DNA of 64,000 nt, from contig CBDBOV010000003.1 of NCBI GenBank assembly GCA_965208575.1, forward strand, positions 480,001 through 544,000, written 5' to 3'. This DNA is from Spirochaetia bacterium (GTDB lineage: Bacteria; Spirochaetota; Spirochaetia; SZUA-6; Bin103). The first letter of the stretch is position 1, and each line of letters begins with the position of its first letter. Positions 50,372-63,128 of this stretch are shown piece by piece. Under the pieces are notes generated by a model that saw nothing but the letters and a program-made list of their open reading frames with translations, was not told the origin of the DNA and did not search any database. A program made the translations under genes and the position numbers.

Positions 50372-50738
50372 AGCAATCGCCACCACGCCGTCGGCTCGAC
50401 TCCAGCACTCGCCTCTCTGGCAGCCCTTTTGTCGCTGCCCGAGCGCATCCGTGCCCGTCGGGAACCCGAGATCTGCCCGCCAACCGCGCGCCGCCGCCGC
50501 ATCGCACGGCAACATCACCGCTTCCCGGTCTTTCTTCGTCAGCCTGGGCGTTCCCCACCACGCTCAGCACTCCGCCGGCACGCGATACCGGCATTCCAAG
50601 CCCCATAGATAGGCCCGCGGTTTAGTTCAATCAACCCTATCCGAACTGTGCCCGGCGACGCCGGCTATGGCTAGCGCACGCTGCTCTCGGGCACAGCTCG
50701 GATAGACTCCTTCTCATAATGTATTGAATTACTGAGTA

Positions 50739-51341
50739 GTGATGATGGTGGTGGACAACACCACCGACGTGCGCCGCGGCAAGCTGGCGCTGTACGAGTC
50801 GTGGGGCTTCCCGGAGGTGTGGGTGGAGGTGCCCGAGCAGTCCTCCCCGAGCCGCCCGGCGGGGCTGCGCCCCGGCCTGACGATCTACCTGCTCGAGGAA
50901 GGCCGCTTTCGCACCGCGCCGGCCAGCCGCGCCTTTGCGGGCTGGACGGCGGCGGAGATCCACCGCGCGCTGAACGAGCCGGAGCTGTCGGACGCCACCA
51001 TGGCCGTGTTGCGCAGGATCGGACAAGCGCTCGGTGTGCCCCTCGGCACCGGGCCGGACGACGACCCGCTGCTGCGCACCGAGCGCCGGGAGAGTCGCGC
51101 CGAGGGCCTTGTCGCAGGCCGGACAGCGGGACACGCGGAAGGCCGGACCGAGGCGCGCGCGGCGACGCAACGGGATGCCGTCCTGCAGGTGTTGCAGTCG
51201 CGCGGCCTGCCGGTGTCCGCGGCGTTTCCCCGCCACCTGGCGCAGTTGCGGGGCGCCTCCACCGCAACGCTGGTAGAGGCCGCGCTGCACTGCCGCGACG
51301 AGGACGACTTCCTGCGGCGGACTCGCACCAAACAACGCTGA
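50739..51341 (+). pseudogene. N-terminally truncated Uma2-like endonuclease
   Basis: VDNTTDVRRGKLALYESWGFPEVWVEV; N-terminal half absent. Confidence 0.65.
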
Positions 51342-51537
51342 AGCGCCCGACGTTCAAGTGACCCGCTCGCGGCAGGCGCTGCGCTGAGTTCTCAGCACCG
51401 GCCCGCAGTCGAGCATCGTGGCAGAAGATGCCGCCACCCGAACGGCGGTACTGGAGCGGTTGCCGCCGTTGCAGGGCGAGGACTTCGCCGGCATCTGCCG
51501 GGCGATGGACGGCTTCCCGGTCACCGTGCGCCGTGAC

Positions 51538-54500
51538 TCAGTAGCGGTACGTGGTCTTGAAATTGGCGGCGTGTTCGGGCAGGGAGTGCGCGCGCTCGCG
51601 CCGTTCTCCGGACAACTCGACGTCCAGGGCGGCTGACGACGCCCTGAAACGGGTGCCGAGCCGCACGTGGCTCGCGCCGTCGGCGAGCCCTGCCTCGGTG
51701 AAGGGCGTGAACACCCCCCACGGCGAGGCGAAACCATAGCCGATGCTCGCATCGAGCGAACCGGTCTCGGCACCCGTGCTCCCCGTAATCTTCGGCATCT
51801 CGTCACGCCACAGTGCCTCCGCGCCGCCGGTCTGACCGCCCCAGCGCGACGTGACCGAGAGGGACATTCCGGAACCGTCCGCCCCTGGGGTGCGCCGCGC
51901 GGTCAGGCTCAACCCCCGCTCCTGTACGCCCGCTTCCGTGTGGGCCGCCAACAGCCGGCCCCTCGCCTCGATCTGCACGCGCGTCCCCGTGTAGCGCACG
52001 CCGCCGGCAACTTCCAGCCCCGTCCCGGTCAGCCCGTCGCCACCGTCGCGGCGGCCGGCCACCTCTCCAAACGGCGCCAGCGTCGCCCCATCGCCGAGTC
52101 CGATCGGCAGCGACGCCTCCAGCCCCAGCCGCGCCCGCCACGTATCGGCCTGCAGACCGTCGATACCCTGGTCGACGTCCGGCTCGTCAGTGGCCTGCAA
52201 CCGCGCAACGCTCGTGTCGGCGCGCACCGCAAGGTCGACCACCGCCACCGTGGGCAGGTCGTGCCGCATACCGAACGAGGCCATCCACATCGACAACTTG
52301 CTCCGCTCCCGCGCAACGCCGGGCGGAGCGTGGCGCAGGTCTCCGACGCCCACGCCCAGAATTGCGCGCAGATCGAACCCGTTCACCGGCGCCCATCGTC
52401 CGTAGGGGTAGAACGTGGTCAGCGTAGCTTCCAGTCGACCGTGCTCGCCGGGCGCGTCTCCGTAGCGGTAGTCGGCCTCGGTGACGCCGTGCGAAACCGC
52501 AGCGCCGAGCATCCACTCACCCATGCGTGCGTCGGCGCCGAGCCATCCGGTCCAGGTCTGCCCCTGGTAGCTGGAACCGCTCTTGGGACGTCCCGCGAAC
52601 GACGCCACATCGCCCCGCCCCCATATCGACACGCGCGGCGGGCGCGGCTGCGTCGTGTCGGCAGCCGCAGGCGTCCACGAGAAGTCGCTGGAGTGCAGCA
52701 ACTCGTCGACCTCCATGCGCCGGCCCTGCGGCATGGAGCCGCCGACCGGATCGCCGCAGCTCTCCACCGTGGCGCAGGTTGTTCCCGTGCCGGCGGTGAC
52801 GCTGCTCGGCGAGGTAGTCGTGGCGGGCACGTCGAACGGCAGCCGCTCGTCGGCGACCGTGACGCTCGTGGCCGGGGTCCCGTCCGCGAAGCGGGCTCCG
52901 ATCACTTCGAGCGCGCTCGCCAGCGTCCGTGCCCCCACCGCCGCCAGCGTGCGGGTCAGGGCCTCCTTGCGCTCGGCGGTCGCCGCATCGACCGTGACCG
53001 CGAACGTGAGCACGGCGGCGTCCGCGGCGGTACGGTTGTCGTCGGCATCGTCCGCACGGTAGGTGAAGACGTGGGGCCCGACCGTCGCGGGCGTGCCCGA
53101 GAGCGTACGGGTCGCCGCGTCGAAGGCGAGGCCGGCCAAGCCGGCCGGCTCGGAGGTCAGGCGGTAGGTCAGAGCGCCGTTGCCGCCCGTCGCCGCCGGC
53201 AGGACGACCGGCTCGACCGGCCGGCCGGGCTTCACGGTCATCGCCGCGACCGTCGCGCCGCCGAAACTCGGCGCGGTGTCGCGCACGGTGACCGTCACGG
53301 TGTCGGAGGCGGTCAGGCCGCCGGGGTCGGTGACCGTGAGCCGGAAGGTCAGCACGCCCGGCGGCTGCGGACCGATGAAGGAGGGCGTCGCCGTGGCGGC
53401 GCCTTGCAGCGTCACCTCCGTTCCCGAGGTCTGCGTCCAGGCGAAGGTCAGCGGATCGTTCTCCGCATCGCTGCTGCCGGAGCCGTCGAGCGTTACGGTC
53501 GCGCCCGGATCGACGGTGAGGCCGGTGCCGGCGTTCGCCTCCGGCGGGTCGTTTACCGGCGCTACGATGACCGTCACGGTCGCGACCGAAGCCGACTCTT
53601 CGGCCGATGTGTCGGTCACCTTGTAGGAGAAGCGGGCCGTGCCGTGCCAGTTCGCCGCGGGCTTGAACGAGATGGTGCCGAGGTTGGCGGCCACCACGGT
53701 CTGACCGGCGGTCGCCACCGCCGGGCCAACCTGCAGTGTGCCGTGCGTACTGTCCGGCAGCGTGACGATCGTCACCGACTTCAGCGTGTGCCCGTCCGGG
53801 TCGCTGAACGCTCGCGTGAAGTCACTCGCCGCGAACGTCAGCGTCGTGTCCTCGTTGACGGTCTTGGTGAAGTCCGACGCCGCCGGACGGGCGTCGACCG
53901 CTCTCACCCTAATGGAAACGGTCGCGGCGTCAGCCGACTCCTCGTCATCGGAAGCAGTCACCTTGTAGGAGAAGCGGGCCGTGCCGTGCCAGTTCGCCGC
54001 GGGCTTGAACGAGATGGTGCCGAGGTTGGCCGCCAGCACGGTCTGGCCGGCCGTTGCCTCCGCCGTGCCAACCTTCAGTGTGCAGTGCGCACTGTTCGGC
54101 AGCGTGACGATCTTCACCGACTTCAGCGTATCGCCGCCCGGATCGCTGAACGCGCCCGCGAAGTCGGTCGCCGCAAACGTCAGCGTCGTACCCTCGACGA
54201 CGGTCTTGGTGATGTCCGACGCCGTCGGCCGGTCGTCCACCGCGCTGACCGTGATCGTCACCGTCGCCGCGGCAGCGGATTCGGCGTCGGAGGAGTCGGT
54301 CACCTGGTACGTGAAGCTCGCCGTGCCGTTCCAGTTCGCCACCGGCACGAAGGTGATCGTCCCCAGGCTCGCCGCCAGCACGGTCTGATTGGCGCTCGCC
54401 GCCGCCGTGCCCACCTTCAGCGTCCCGCCCGTGCTGGCCGGCAGCGTCACGATCTTCACCGACTTCAGCGTGTGCCCGTCCGCGTCGCTGAACGCGCCGG

Positions 54501-57500
54501 TGAAGTCACTCGCCGCAAACGTCAGCGTCGTGCTCTCCGCGGTGCTCTTGCTGATGTCCGACGCCGCCGGCAGGTCGTCCACCGCGCTCACCGTGATCGT
54601 CACCGTCGCCGCCGCCACCGACTCCTCGTCGGCGGAGTCGGTCACCTTGTACGTGAAGCTCGCCTTCCCGTTCCAGTCCGCCGCAGGCTCGAACGTGATC
54701 GTCCCCAGGCTCGCCGCCAGCACGCTCTGTCCCGCGCTCGCCGCCGCCGTGCCCACCTTCAGCGTCCCGTGCGTGCCGGTCGGCAGCGTCACGATCTTCA
54801 CCGACTTCAGCGTGTGCCCGTTCGGATCGCTGAACGCCCCCGTGAAGTCACTCGCCGCAAACGTCAGCGTCGTGTCCTCCGCGGTGCTCTTGCTGATGTC
54901 CGACGCCGTCGGCGCGTCGTCGGTCACCGTGATGCTCACCGTCGCCGCGGCAACGGATTCGGCGTCGGACGAATCGGTCACCTTGTATGTGAAGCTCGCC
55001 GTGCCGCTCCAGTCCGTAACCGGCTCGAACACCAGCGTCCCCAGGCTGGTGGCCGCTACCGCGTCGCCGGCGCTCACCGCAGTCAGCGGATTGCCTGCCT
55101 TCAGCGTCCCGTGCGTGGCGGTCGGCAGCGTCACGATCTTCACCGACTTCAACGTGTGCCCGTCCGCGTCGCTGAACGCTCCCCTGAAGTCACTCGCCGC
55201 AAACATCAGCGTCGTGTCCTCCGCGGTGCTCTTCCTGATGTCCGACGCCGTCGGCAGGTCGTCCACCGCGCTCACCGTGATCGTCACCGTCCCCGCCGCC
55301 GCAGACTCCTTGTCGTCGGAATCGGTCACCTTGTACGTGAAGCTCGCCTTCCCGTTCCAGTCCGCCACCGGCTCGAACACCAGCGTCCCCAGGTCGGCGG
55401 CCGCTACCGAGGCCCCGGCGATCACCGCAGCCAGCGGATCGCCTGCCCTCAGCGTCCCGTGCGTGGCGTCCGGCAGCGTCACGATCTTCACCGACTTCAG
55501 CGTGTGCCCGTTCGGGTCGCTGAACGCTCCCGTGAAGTCACTCGCCGCGAACGCCAGCGTCGTGTCCTCGTTGACCGTCTTGCCGAAGTCCGACGCGGTC
55601 GGCCGCTCGCCCACGGCGATGGTAACGGTCGCTGCCGCCGCCGACTCGGCGTCGGAGGAGTCGGTCACCTGGTACGTGAAGCTCGCCGTGCCGTTCCAGT
55701 TCGCCACCGGCACGAAGGTGATCGTCCCCAGGCTCGCCGCCAGCACGGTCTGATTGGCGCTCGCCGCCGCCGTGCCCACCTTCAGCGTCCCGCCCGTGCC
55801 GGTCGGCAGCGTCACGATCTTCACCGACTTCAGCGTGTGCCCGTCCGCGTCGCTGAACGCGCCGGTGAAGTCATTCGCCGCAAACGTCAGCGTCGTGCTC
55901 TCCGCGGTGCTCTTGCTGATGTCCGACGCCGCCGGCAGGTCGTCCACCGCGCTCACCGTGATCGTCACCGTCGCCGCCGCCACCGACTCCTCGTCGTCGG
56001 AGTCGGTCACCTTGTACGTGAAGCTCGCCTTCCCGTTCCAGTCCGCCGCAGGCTCGAACGTGATCGTCCCCAGGCTCGCCGCCAGCACGCTCTGTCCCGC
56101 GCTCGCGTCCGCCGTGCCCACCTTCAGCGTCCCGTGCGCGGCGGTCGGCAGCGTCACGATCTTCACCGACTTCAGCGTGTGCCCGTCCGGGTCGCTGAAC
56201 GCGCCGGTGAAGTCGGACGCCGCGAACGTCAGCGTCGTGTCCTCGTTGACCGTCTTGCTGATGTCCGACGCCGTCGGCGCGTCGTCCACCGCGCTCACCG
56301 TGATGCTCACGGTCGCCGCGGCAGCGGATTCGGCGTCGGACGAATCGGTCACCTTGTATGTGAAGCTCGCCGTGCCGCTCCAGTCCGTAACCGGCTCGAA
56401 CACCAGCGTCCCCAGGCTGGTGGCCGCTACCGCGTCGCCGGCGCTCACCGCAGTCAGCGGATTGCCTGCCTTCAGCGTCCCGTGCGTGGCGGTCGGCAGC
56501 GTCACGATCTTCACCGACTTCAACGTGTGCCCGTCCGCGTCGCTGAACGCTCCCCTGAAGTCACTCGCCGCAAACATCAGCGTCGTGTCCTCCGCGGTGC
56601 TCTTCCTGATGTCCGACGCCGTCGGCAGGTCGTCCACCGCGCTCACCGTGATCGTCACCGTCCCCGCCGCCGCAGACTCCTTGTCGTCGGAATCGGTCAC
56701 CTTGTACGTGAAGCTCGCCTTCCCGTTCCAGTCCGCCACCGGCTCGAACACCAGCGTCCCCAGGTCGGCGGCCGCTACCGAGGCCCCGGCGATCACCGCA
56801 GCCAGCGGATCGCCTGCCCTCAGCGTCCCGTGCGTGGCGTCCGGCAGCGTCACGATCTTCACCGACTTCAGCGTGTGCCCGTTCGGGTCGCTGAACGCCC
56901 CCGTGAAGTCACTCGCCGCGAACATCAGCGTCGTGTCCTCGGCCACGCTCTTGCCGATGTCCGACCCCGTCGGCCGCTCGCCCACGGCGATGGTGACGGT
57001 CGCTGCCGCCGCCGACTCGGCGTCGGAGGAGTCGGTCACCTGGTACGTGAAGCTCGCCGTGCCGTTCCAGTTCGCCACCGGCACGAAGGTGATCGTCCCC
57101 AGGCTCGCCGCCAGCACGGTCTGATTGGCGCTCGCCGCCGCCGTGCCCACCTTCAGCGTCCCGCCCGTGCCGGTCGGCAGCGTCACGATCTTCACCGACT
57201 TCAGCGTGTGCCCGTCCGCGTCGCTGAACGCGCCGGTGAAGTCATTCGCCGCAAACGTCAGCGTCGTGCTCTCCGCGGTGCTCTTGCTGATGTCCGACGC
57301 CGCCGGCAGGTCGTCCACCGCGCTCACCGTGATCGTCACCGTCGCCGCCGCCACCGACTCCTCGTCGTCGGAGTCGGTCACCTTGTACGTGAAGCTCGCC
57401 TTCCCGTTCCAGTCCGCCGCAGGCTCGAACGTGATCGTCCCCAGGCTCGCCGCCAGCACGCTCTGTCCCGCGCTCGCGTCCGCCGTGCCCACCTTCAGCG

Positions 57501-60500
57501 TCCCGTGCGCGGCGGTCGGCAGCGTCACGATCTTCACCGACTTCAGCGTGTGCCCGTCCGGGTCGCTGAACGCGCCGGTGAAGTCGGACGCCGCGAACGT
57601 CAGCGTCGTGTCCTCGTTGACCGTCTTGCTGATGTCCGACGCCGTCGGCAGGTCGTCCACCCCGCTCACCGTGATGCCCACCGTCGCCGCGGCAGCGGAT
57701 TCGGCGTCGGACGAATCGGTCACCTTGTATGTGAAGCTCGCCGTGCCGCTCCAGTCCGTAACCGGCTCGAACACCAGCGTCCCCAGGCTGGTGGCCGCTA
57801 CCGCGTCGCCGGCGCTCACCGCAGTCAGCGGATTGCCTGCCTTCAGCGTCCCGTGCGTGGCGGTCGGCAGCGTCACGATCTTCACCGACTTCAACGTGTG
57901 CCCGTCCGCGTCGCTGAACGCTCCCCTGAAGTCACTCGCCGCAAACATCAGCGTCGTGTCCTCCGCGGTGCTCTTCCTGATGTCCGACGCCGTCGGCAGG
58001 TCGTCCACCGCGCTCACCGTGATCGTCACCGTCCCCGCCGCCGCAGACTCCTTGTCGTCGGAATCGGTCACCTTGTACGTGAAGCTCGCCTTCCCGTTCC
58101 AGTCCGCCACCGGCTCGAACACCAGCGTCCCCAGGTCGGCGGCCGCTACCGAGGCCCCGGCGATCACCGCAGCCAGCGGATCGCCTGCCCTCAGCGTCCC
58201 GTGCGTGGCGTCCGGCAGCGTCACGATCTTCACCGACTTCAGCGTGTGCCCGTTCGGGTCGCTGAACGCCCCCGTGAAGTCACTCGCCGCGAACATCAGC
58301 GTCGTGTCCTCGGCCACGCTCTTGCCGATGTCCGACCCCGTCGGCCGCTCGCCCACGGCGATGGTGACGGTCGCTGCCGCCGCCGACTCGGCGTCGGAGG
58401 AGTCGGTCACCTTGTACGTGAAGCTCGCCGTGCCGTTCCAGTTCGCCACCGGCACGAAGGTGATCGTCCCCAGGCTCGCCGCCACCACGGTCTGATTGGC
58501 GCTCGCCGCCGCCGTGCCCACCTTCAGCGTCCCGCCCGTGCCGGCCGGCAGCGTCACGATCTTCACCGACTTCAGCGCGTGCCCGTCCGCGTCGCTGAAC
58601 GCTCCCGTGAAGTCATTCGCCGCAAACGTCAGCGTCGTGCTCTCCGCGGTGCTCTTGCTGATGTCCGACGCCGCCGGCAGGTCGTCCACCGCGCTCACCG
58701 TGATCGTCACCGTCGCCGCCGCCACCGACTCCTCGTCGTCGGAGTCGGTCACCTTGTACGTGAAGCTCGCCTTCCCGTTCCAGTCCGCCGCAGGCTCGAA
58801 CGTGATCGTCCCCAGGCTCGCCGCCAGCACGCTCTGTCCCGCGCTCGCGTCCGCCGTGCCCACCTTCAGCGTCCCGTGCGCGGCGGTCGGCAGCGTCACG
58901 ATCTTCACCGACTTCAGCGTGTGCCCGTCCGGGTCGCTGAACGCGCCGGTGAAGTCGGACGCCGCGAACGTCAGCGTCGTGTCCTCGTTGACCGTCTTGC
59001 TGATGTCCGACGCCGTCGGCGCGTCGTCCACCGCGCTCACCGTGATGCTCACGGTCGCGGTGGCCACCGACTCCTCGTCGTCGGAGTCGGTCACCTTGTA
59101 GGTGTAGCTCGCAGACCCGTTCCAGTCCGCCGCCGGCTCGAACGTGAGGGTGCCCAGGTTGGCGGCGGTGATCGAGTCCCCGGCGCTCACCACAGTCAGC
59201 GGATTGCCTGCCTTCAGCGTCCCGTGCGTGGCGGTCGGCAGCGTCACGATCTTCACCGACTTCAACGTGTGCCCGTCGGGGTCGCTGAACGCGCCGGTGA
59301 AGTCACTCGCCGCAAACATCAGCGTCGTGTCCTCCGCGGTGCTCTTCCTGATGTCCGACGCCGTCGGCAGGTCGTCCACCGCGCTCACCGTGATCGTCAC
59401 CGTCCCCGCCGCCGCAGACTCCTTGTCGTCGGAATCGGTCACCTTGTACGTGAAGCTCGCCTTCCCGTTCCAGTCCGCCACCGGCTCGAACACCAGCGTC
59501 CCCAGGTCGGCGGCCGCTACCGAGGCCCCGGCGATCACCGCAGCCAGCGGATCGCCTGCCCTCAGCGTCCCGTGCGTGGCGTCCGGCAGCGTCACGATCT
59601 TCACCGACTTCAGCGTGTGCCCGTTCGGGTCGCTGAACGCCCCCGTGAAGTCACTCGCCGCGAACATCAGCGTCGTGTCCTCGGCCACGCTCTTGCCGAT
59701 GTTCGACCCCGTCGGCCGCTCGCCCACGGCGATGGTGACGGTCGCTGCCGCCGCCGACTCGGCGTCGGAGGAGTCGGTCACCTTGTACGTGAAGCTCGCC
59801 GTGCCGTTCCAGTTCGCCACCGGCACGAAGGTGATCGTCCCCAGGCTCGCCGCCACCACGGTCTGATTGGCGCTCGCCGCCGCCGTGCCCACCTTCAGCG
59901 TCCCGCCCGTGCCGGCCGGCAGCGTCACGATCTTCACCGACTTCAGCGCGTGCCCGTCCGGGTCGCTGAACGCTCCCGTGAAGTCATTCGCCGCAAACGT
60001 CAGCGTCGTGCTCTCCGCGGTGCTCTTGCTGATGTCCGACGCCGTCGGCAGGTCGTCCACCGCGCTCACCGTGATCGTCACCGTCGCCGCCGCCACCGAC
60101 TCCTCGTCGTCGGAGTCGGTCACCTTGTACGTGAAGCTCGCCTTCCCGTTCCAGTCCGCCGCAGGCTCGAACGTGATCGTCCCCAGGCTCGCCGCCAGCA
60201 CGCTCTGTCCCGCGCTCGCGTCCGCCGTGCCCACCTTCAGCGTCCCGTGCGCGGCGGTCGGCAGCGTCACGATCTTCACCGACTTCAGCGTGTGCCCGTC
60301 GGGGTCGCTGAACGCGCCGGTGAAATCGCTGGCCGCGAACGTCAGCGTCGTGTCCTCGTTGACCGTCTTGCTGATGTCCGACGCGGTCGGGGCGTCGTCC
60401 ACCGCGCTCACCGTGATGCTCACGGTCGCGGCGTCCGCCGACTCCTCGTCGTCGGAGTCGGTCACCTTGTACGTGAAGCTCGCAGACCCGTTCCAGTCCG

Positions 60501-60759
60501 CCGCCGGCTCGAACGTGAGGGTGCCCAGGTTGGCGGCGGTGATCGAGTCCCCGGCGCTCACCACAGTCAGCGGATTGCCTGCCTTCAGCGTCCCGTGCGT
60601 GGCGGTCGGCAGCGTCACGATCTTCACCGACTTCAACGTGTGCCCGTCCGCGTCGCTGAACGCTCCCCTGAAGTCACTCGCCGCAAACATCAGCGTCGTG
60701 TCCTCCGCGGTGCTCTTCCTGATGTCCGACGCCGTCGGCAGGTCGTCCACCGCGCTCAC
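51538..60759 (-). pseudogene. Giant repetitive surface adhesin (cadherin-like/tandem-95 repeats, PKD-like, Ig, C-terminal autotransporter-like barrel); 5' end cut by transposon
   Basis: 21 ~114-aa repeats (FSDxDGHTLKSVKIVTLP..WNGxASFTYKVTD), ANAG PKD-like, barrel ending TYRY; begins mid-repeat with no signal peptide. Confidence 0.88.
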
Positions 60760-60762
60760 CGT
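53570..60762 (-). repeat. Higher-order tandem repeat, 1371-bp period (four ~340-bp subunits)
   Basis: Equivalent positions at 55754, 57125, 58496, 59867 (1371 apart) and 54389 (1365). Confidence 0.95.
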
Positions 60763-60918
60763 TGTCGGCTCTCAGATTGATCTGAGCGGAATGGGGGCGG
60801 ACGTCTCACGATCGACTGGAGTGGAGGACGGGAGAGTCGAGGTAAACTGACCAGAAAAACAGGGTAGCTGCCCCAGGTGATGAGAACCGGACAGCTACCC
60901 TGAACTAAGGACAGCCGA

Positions 60919-61530
60919 TTGGTACTCCATCTGGCGGTTGATTTCAAGAGACTTCAGGAACAGGGCAAGGAGTATCGGTGGCCGCGGCCGGAGCGCTGCC
61001 TGGAGTGCGGTCGGAGGCGGCCGTGGGGCCATGGCTATGTCGGACGGTGCTTCGATGGCTGCGGCGAGCCGCTGTGGATGAAGCGCTACCGGTGTCCGGA
61101 CTGCGGGACCGTGTACACGCTGCGACCGGACAGCCACTACCGCGGGTTCTGGGCGCCGTGGCGAGTGATTCTGGTAGCCCTGCTGGGCAAGCTGAAGGGT
61201 GGTCGCTGGATCGCGCGGGTGAGCCGACAGCGGCAGCAGTACTGGCGCCAGGGGTTGCGCCGGCAGTTGTTGCTGGAGGGGGTGACCGCGGTGAGCCGGC
61301 CGGGCCAGGTTGCGGCCAGTGCGCTGAAGGCGCTGGTGGTGCGGTTGATCATCGTCAGTACGCATTCGGTGAGCTACCGCCAGATACGGCGAGTGGATGC
61401 CGCCCCCGAGTTGGTGCTGGCGGTGCCGGTGGTGGGCTTTGCGGGACACCTTGATGGCGTCGGGAGCACAGCAGACAGCGCCCTGAAGGAGCCAGGGAAT
61501 GAGCCGACACCCAGTCACGGGGCACGATGA
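60919..61530 (+). CDS. Zinc-finger transposon accessory protein (DUF6431-like)
   Basis: WPRPERCLECG..WGHGY..RYRCPDCG..TLRP. Confidence 0.7.
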   Translation: MVLHLAVDFKRLQEQGKEYRWPRPERCLECGRRRPWGHGYVGRCFDGCGEPLWMKRYRCPDCGTVYTLRPDSHYRGFWAPWRVILVALLGKLKGGRWIARVSRQRQQYWRQGLRRQLLLEGVTAVSRPGQVAASALKALVVRLIIVSTHSVSYRQIRRVDAAPELVLAVPVVGFAGHLDGVGSTADSALKEPGNEPTPSHGAR

Positions 61531-61811
61531 GCACGGTGCTGGTCGCGGGGTGCCGGCTCAGACCGGGCAAGTGGCTGGTGAGCAGTGCAGGAGGACGCCG
61601 CCGCGGTGCTGGCGAGCGCCTTTGGCGCTTGGGTGGCTGTCCGGGCGACGCTGCGGGCAGGGCGCTGGTGGCGCGGCTGATCATGATCGGAGCGGAGAAA
61701 ATAACGCGAACTGGCGCCTGGGTGACCCCAAGCCTACCGGATCTTTGCGGTGATCGGCGAACCAATGGGGAGCAAATTGATGCCACCAACACCCCAGGAG
61801 GTTCCTCGATC

Positions 61812-63128
61812 ATGGAGGAAGAGAAGAAAAAGCGGATCGCGTTGTTCCGGTTCGGTGTGATCGCCGGCCTGATCGGGTATGCGAAGCTCGACCAGGGCAA
61901 GCGCGAGGCGCGCATCAAGGACCTGGCGGAGCAGGAATGGAAGATCCCATTCTCGCTGCGCAGTTCGATCAGCCGGTCGACGATCCGCGACTGGCTGCGG
62001 CGTTACGAGCACAGCGGCAAGAAACTGGAGAGCCTGTTCCCGAAGGACCGCGCGGACGCCGGCGTGGGGCGCAGCATCGATCCCGAGACCGAGTTGGCAC
62101 TGGTCAATCTCCGGCGTGAACTGGCACAGGCGTCGTTGTCAGTGGTGCTGCAGGTGGCGCGCCGCCGCAATCTCCTGCCGCCCGACTTCGCAGCCTCACG
62201 GCAAAGCATCTACCGATTGTTCCGGCGCCATGGTCTGCACCGGCAGCGGCCCGCGACGCAGGACCGGCGGCGCTTCGAAGCGGAACTGCCGAACGACTTG
62301 TGGCAAGCGGATTGCATGCACGGCCCGCGCGTGAAAAGCGACGGCAAGCTGCGCAAGACGTTTCTGTTCGCCTGCATCGATGATCACTCGCGGCTCATCA
62401 CCGGCGCCCGCTTCTATCTGCGTGAAAACATCGACTGTTTCCAGGACTGCCTGCTGCGGGCGCTCGAAACGCGCGGTCTGCCACGCAAACTGTATGTCGA
62501 TAACGGCCCCAGCTTTCGCTCCCAACGACTCAGTTACGCCTGTGCATCGCTGGGCATAGCGCTCCTCTTCGCGACCCCATACACGCCCCAGGGAAAGGGT
62601 AAAATCGAGCGCTATTTCCGCACCATACGCACCCAGATGCTGCCTCTGGTCAGCGATCACGATACCCTCGAGCAGCTCAACGCCCAGCTTGCCGAGTGGC
62701 TCGACCACAGCTACCATCAGCGGCTTCACTCCAGCACCGGGGAGCAGCCCCTGCAGCGCTATCTGCGCCACCTGGAACTGCTGCGGCCTGCGCCCCAGAA
62801 TGTGCGTGACCACTTCCGCACCATGGTGCGCCGCAAGGTCGACAAGGATCGTGCCGTCGCCCTCTACGGCAAGCTCTACGAAGCGCCGGTGGGGCTCATC
62901 GGGAACACCGTCAACCTGCTCTATCATGAGGCTGATCCGTCCCGCATCGAGGTGTTCTTCGAAGATCGCTCTTACGGCTTCCTCAGTGAGTTGAACCCCC
63001 ACGTCAACAGCCGCGTGCGCCGCATCAGCGGCCATGAGACCGAGCTCGAGCCGGCGCCGGAGCCGCCCGCTGATGACCCCCAGCCCGGCCCCCGCGGCGG
63101 CCAGCTGTTCGAGGAGTCCGACCGATGA
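61812..63128 (+). CDS. DDE integrase/transposase with Mu-like C-terminus
   Basis: IALFRFGVI, WQADCMHGP, IDDHSR, YVDNG, GKGKIERYF. Confidence 0.92.
   Translation: MEEEKKKRIALFRFGVIAGLIGYAKLDQGKREARIKDLAEQEWKIPFSLRSSISRSTIRDWLRRYEHSGKKLESLFPKDRADAGVGRSIDPETELALVNLRRELAQASLSVVLQVARRRNLLPPDFAASRQSIYRLFRRHGLHRQRPATQDRRRFEAELPNDLWQADCMHGPRVKSDGKLRKTFLFACIDDHSRLITGARFYLRENIDCFQDCLLRALETRGLPRKLYVDNGPSFRSQRLSYACASLGIALLFATPYTPQGKGKIERYFRTIRTQMLPLVSDHDTLEQLNAQLAEWLDHSYHQRLHSSTGEQPLQRYLRHLELLRPAPQNVRDHFRTMVRRKVDKDRAVALYGKLYEAPVGLIGNTVNLLYHEADPSRIEVFFEDRSYGFLSELNPHVNSRVRRISGHETELEPAPEPPADDPQPGPRGGQLFEESDR

Larger units (their letters stand above)
48147..50628 (+). mobile_element. Tyrosine recombinase + IS91-type (Y2/HUH) transposase element
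   Basis: Two-gene unit bounded by GAACTAAACCGC / GCGGTTTAGTTC. Confidence 0.8.

Noticed and set aside
53570-60762. Possible CRISPR or other spacer array
   Set aside because: Repeats are long, in-frame and coding, with no unique spacers; no cas genes in the window
51667-60780. 3037-aa plus-strand ORF and the repeated 456-aa plus-strand ORFs
   Set aside because: Antisense shadows of the GC-rich repetitive adhesin; Arg-rich or mirror composition with no motifs
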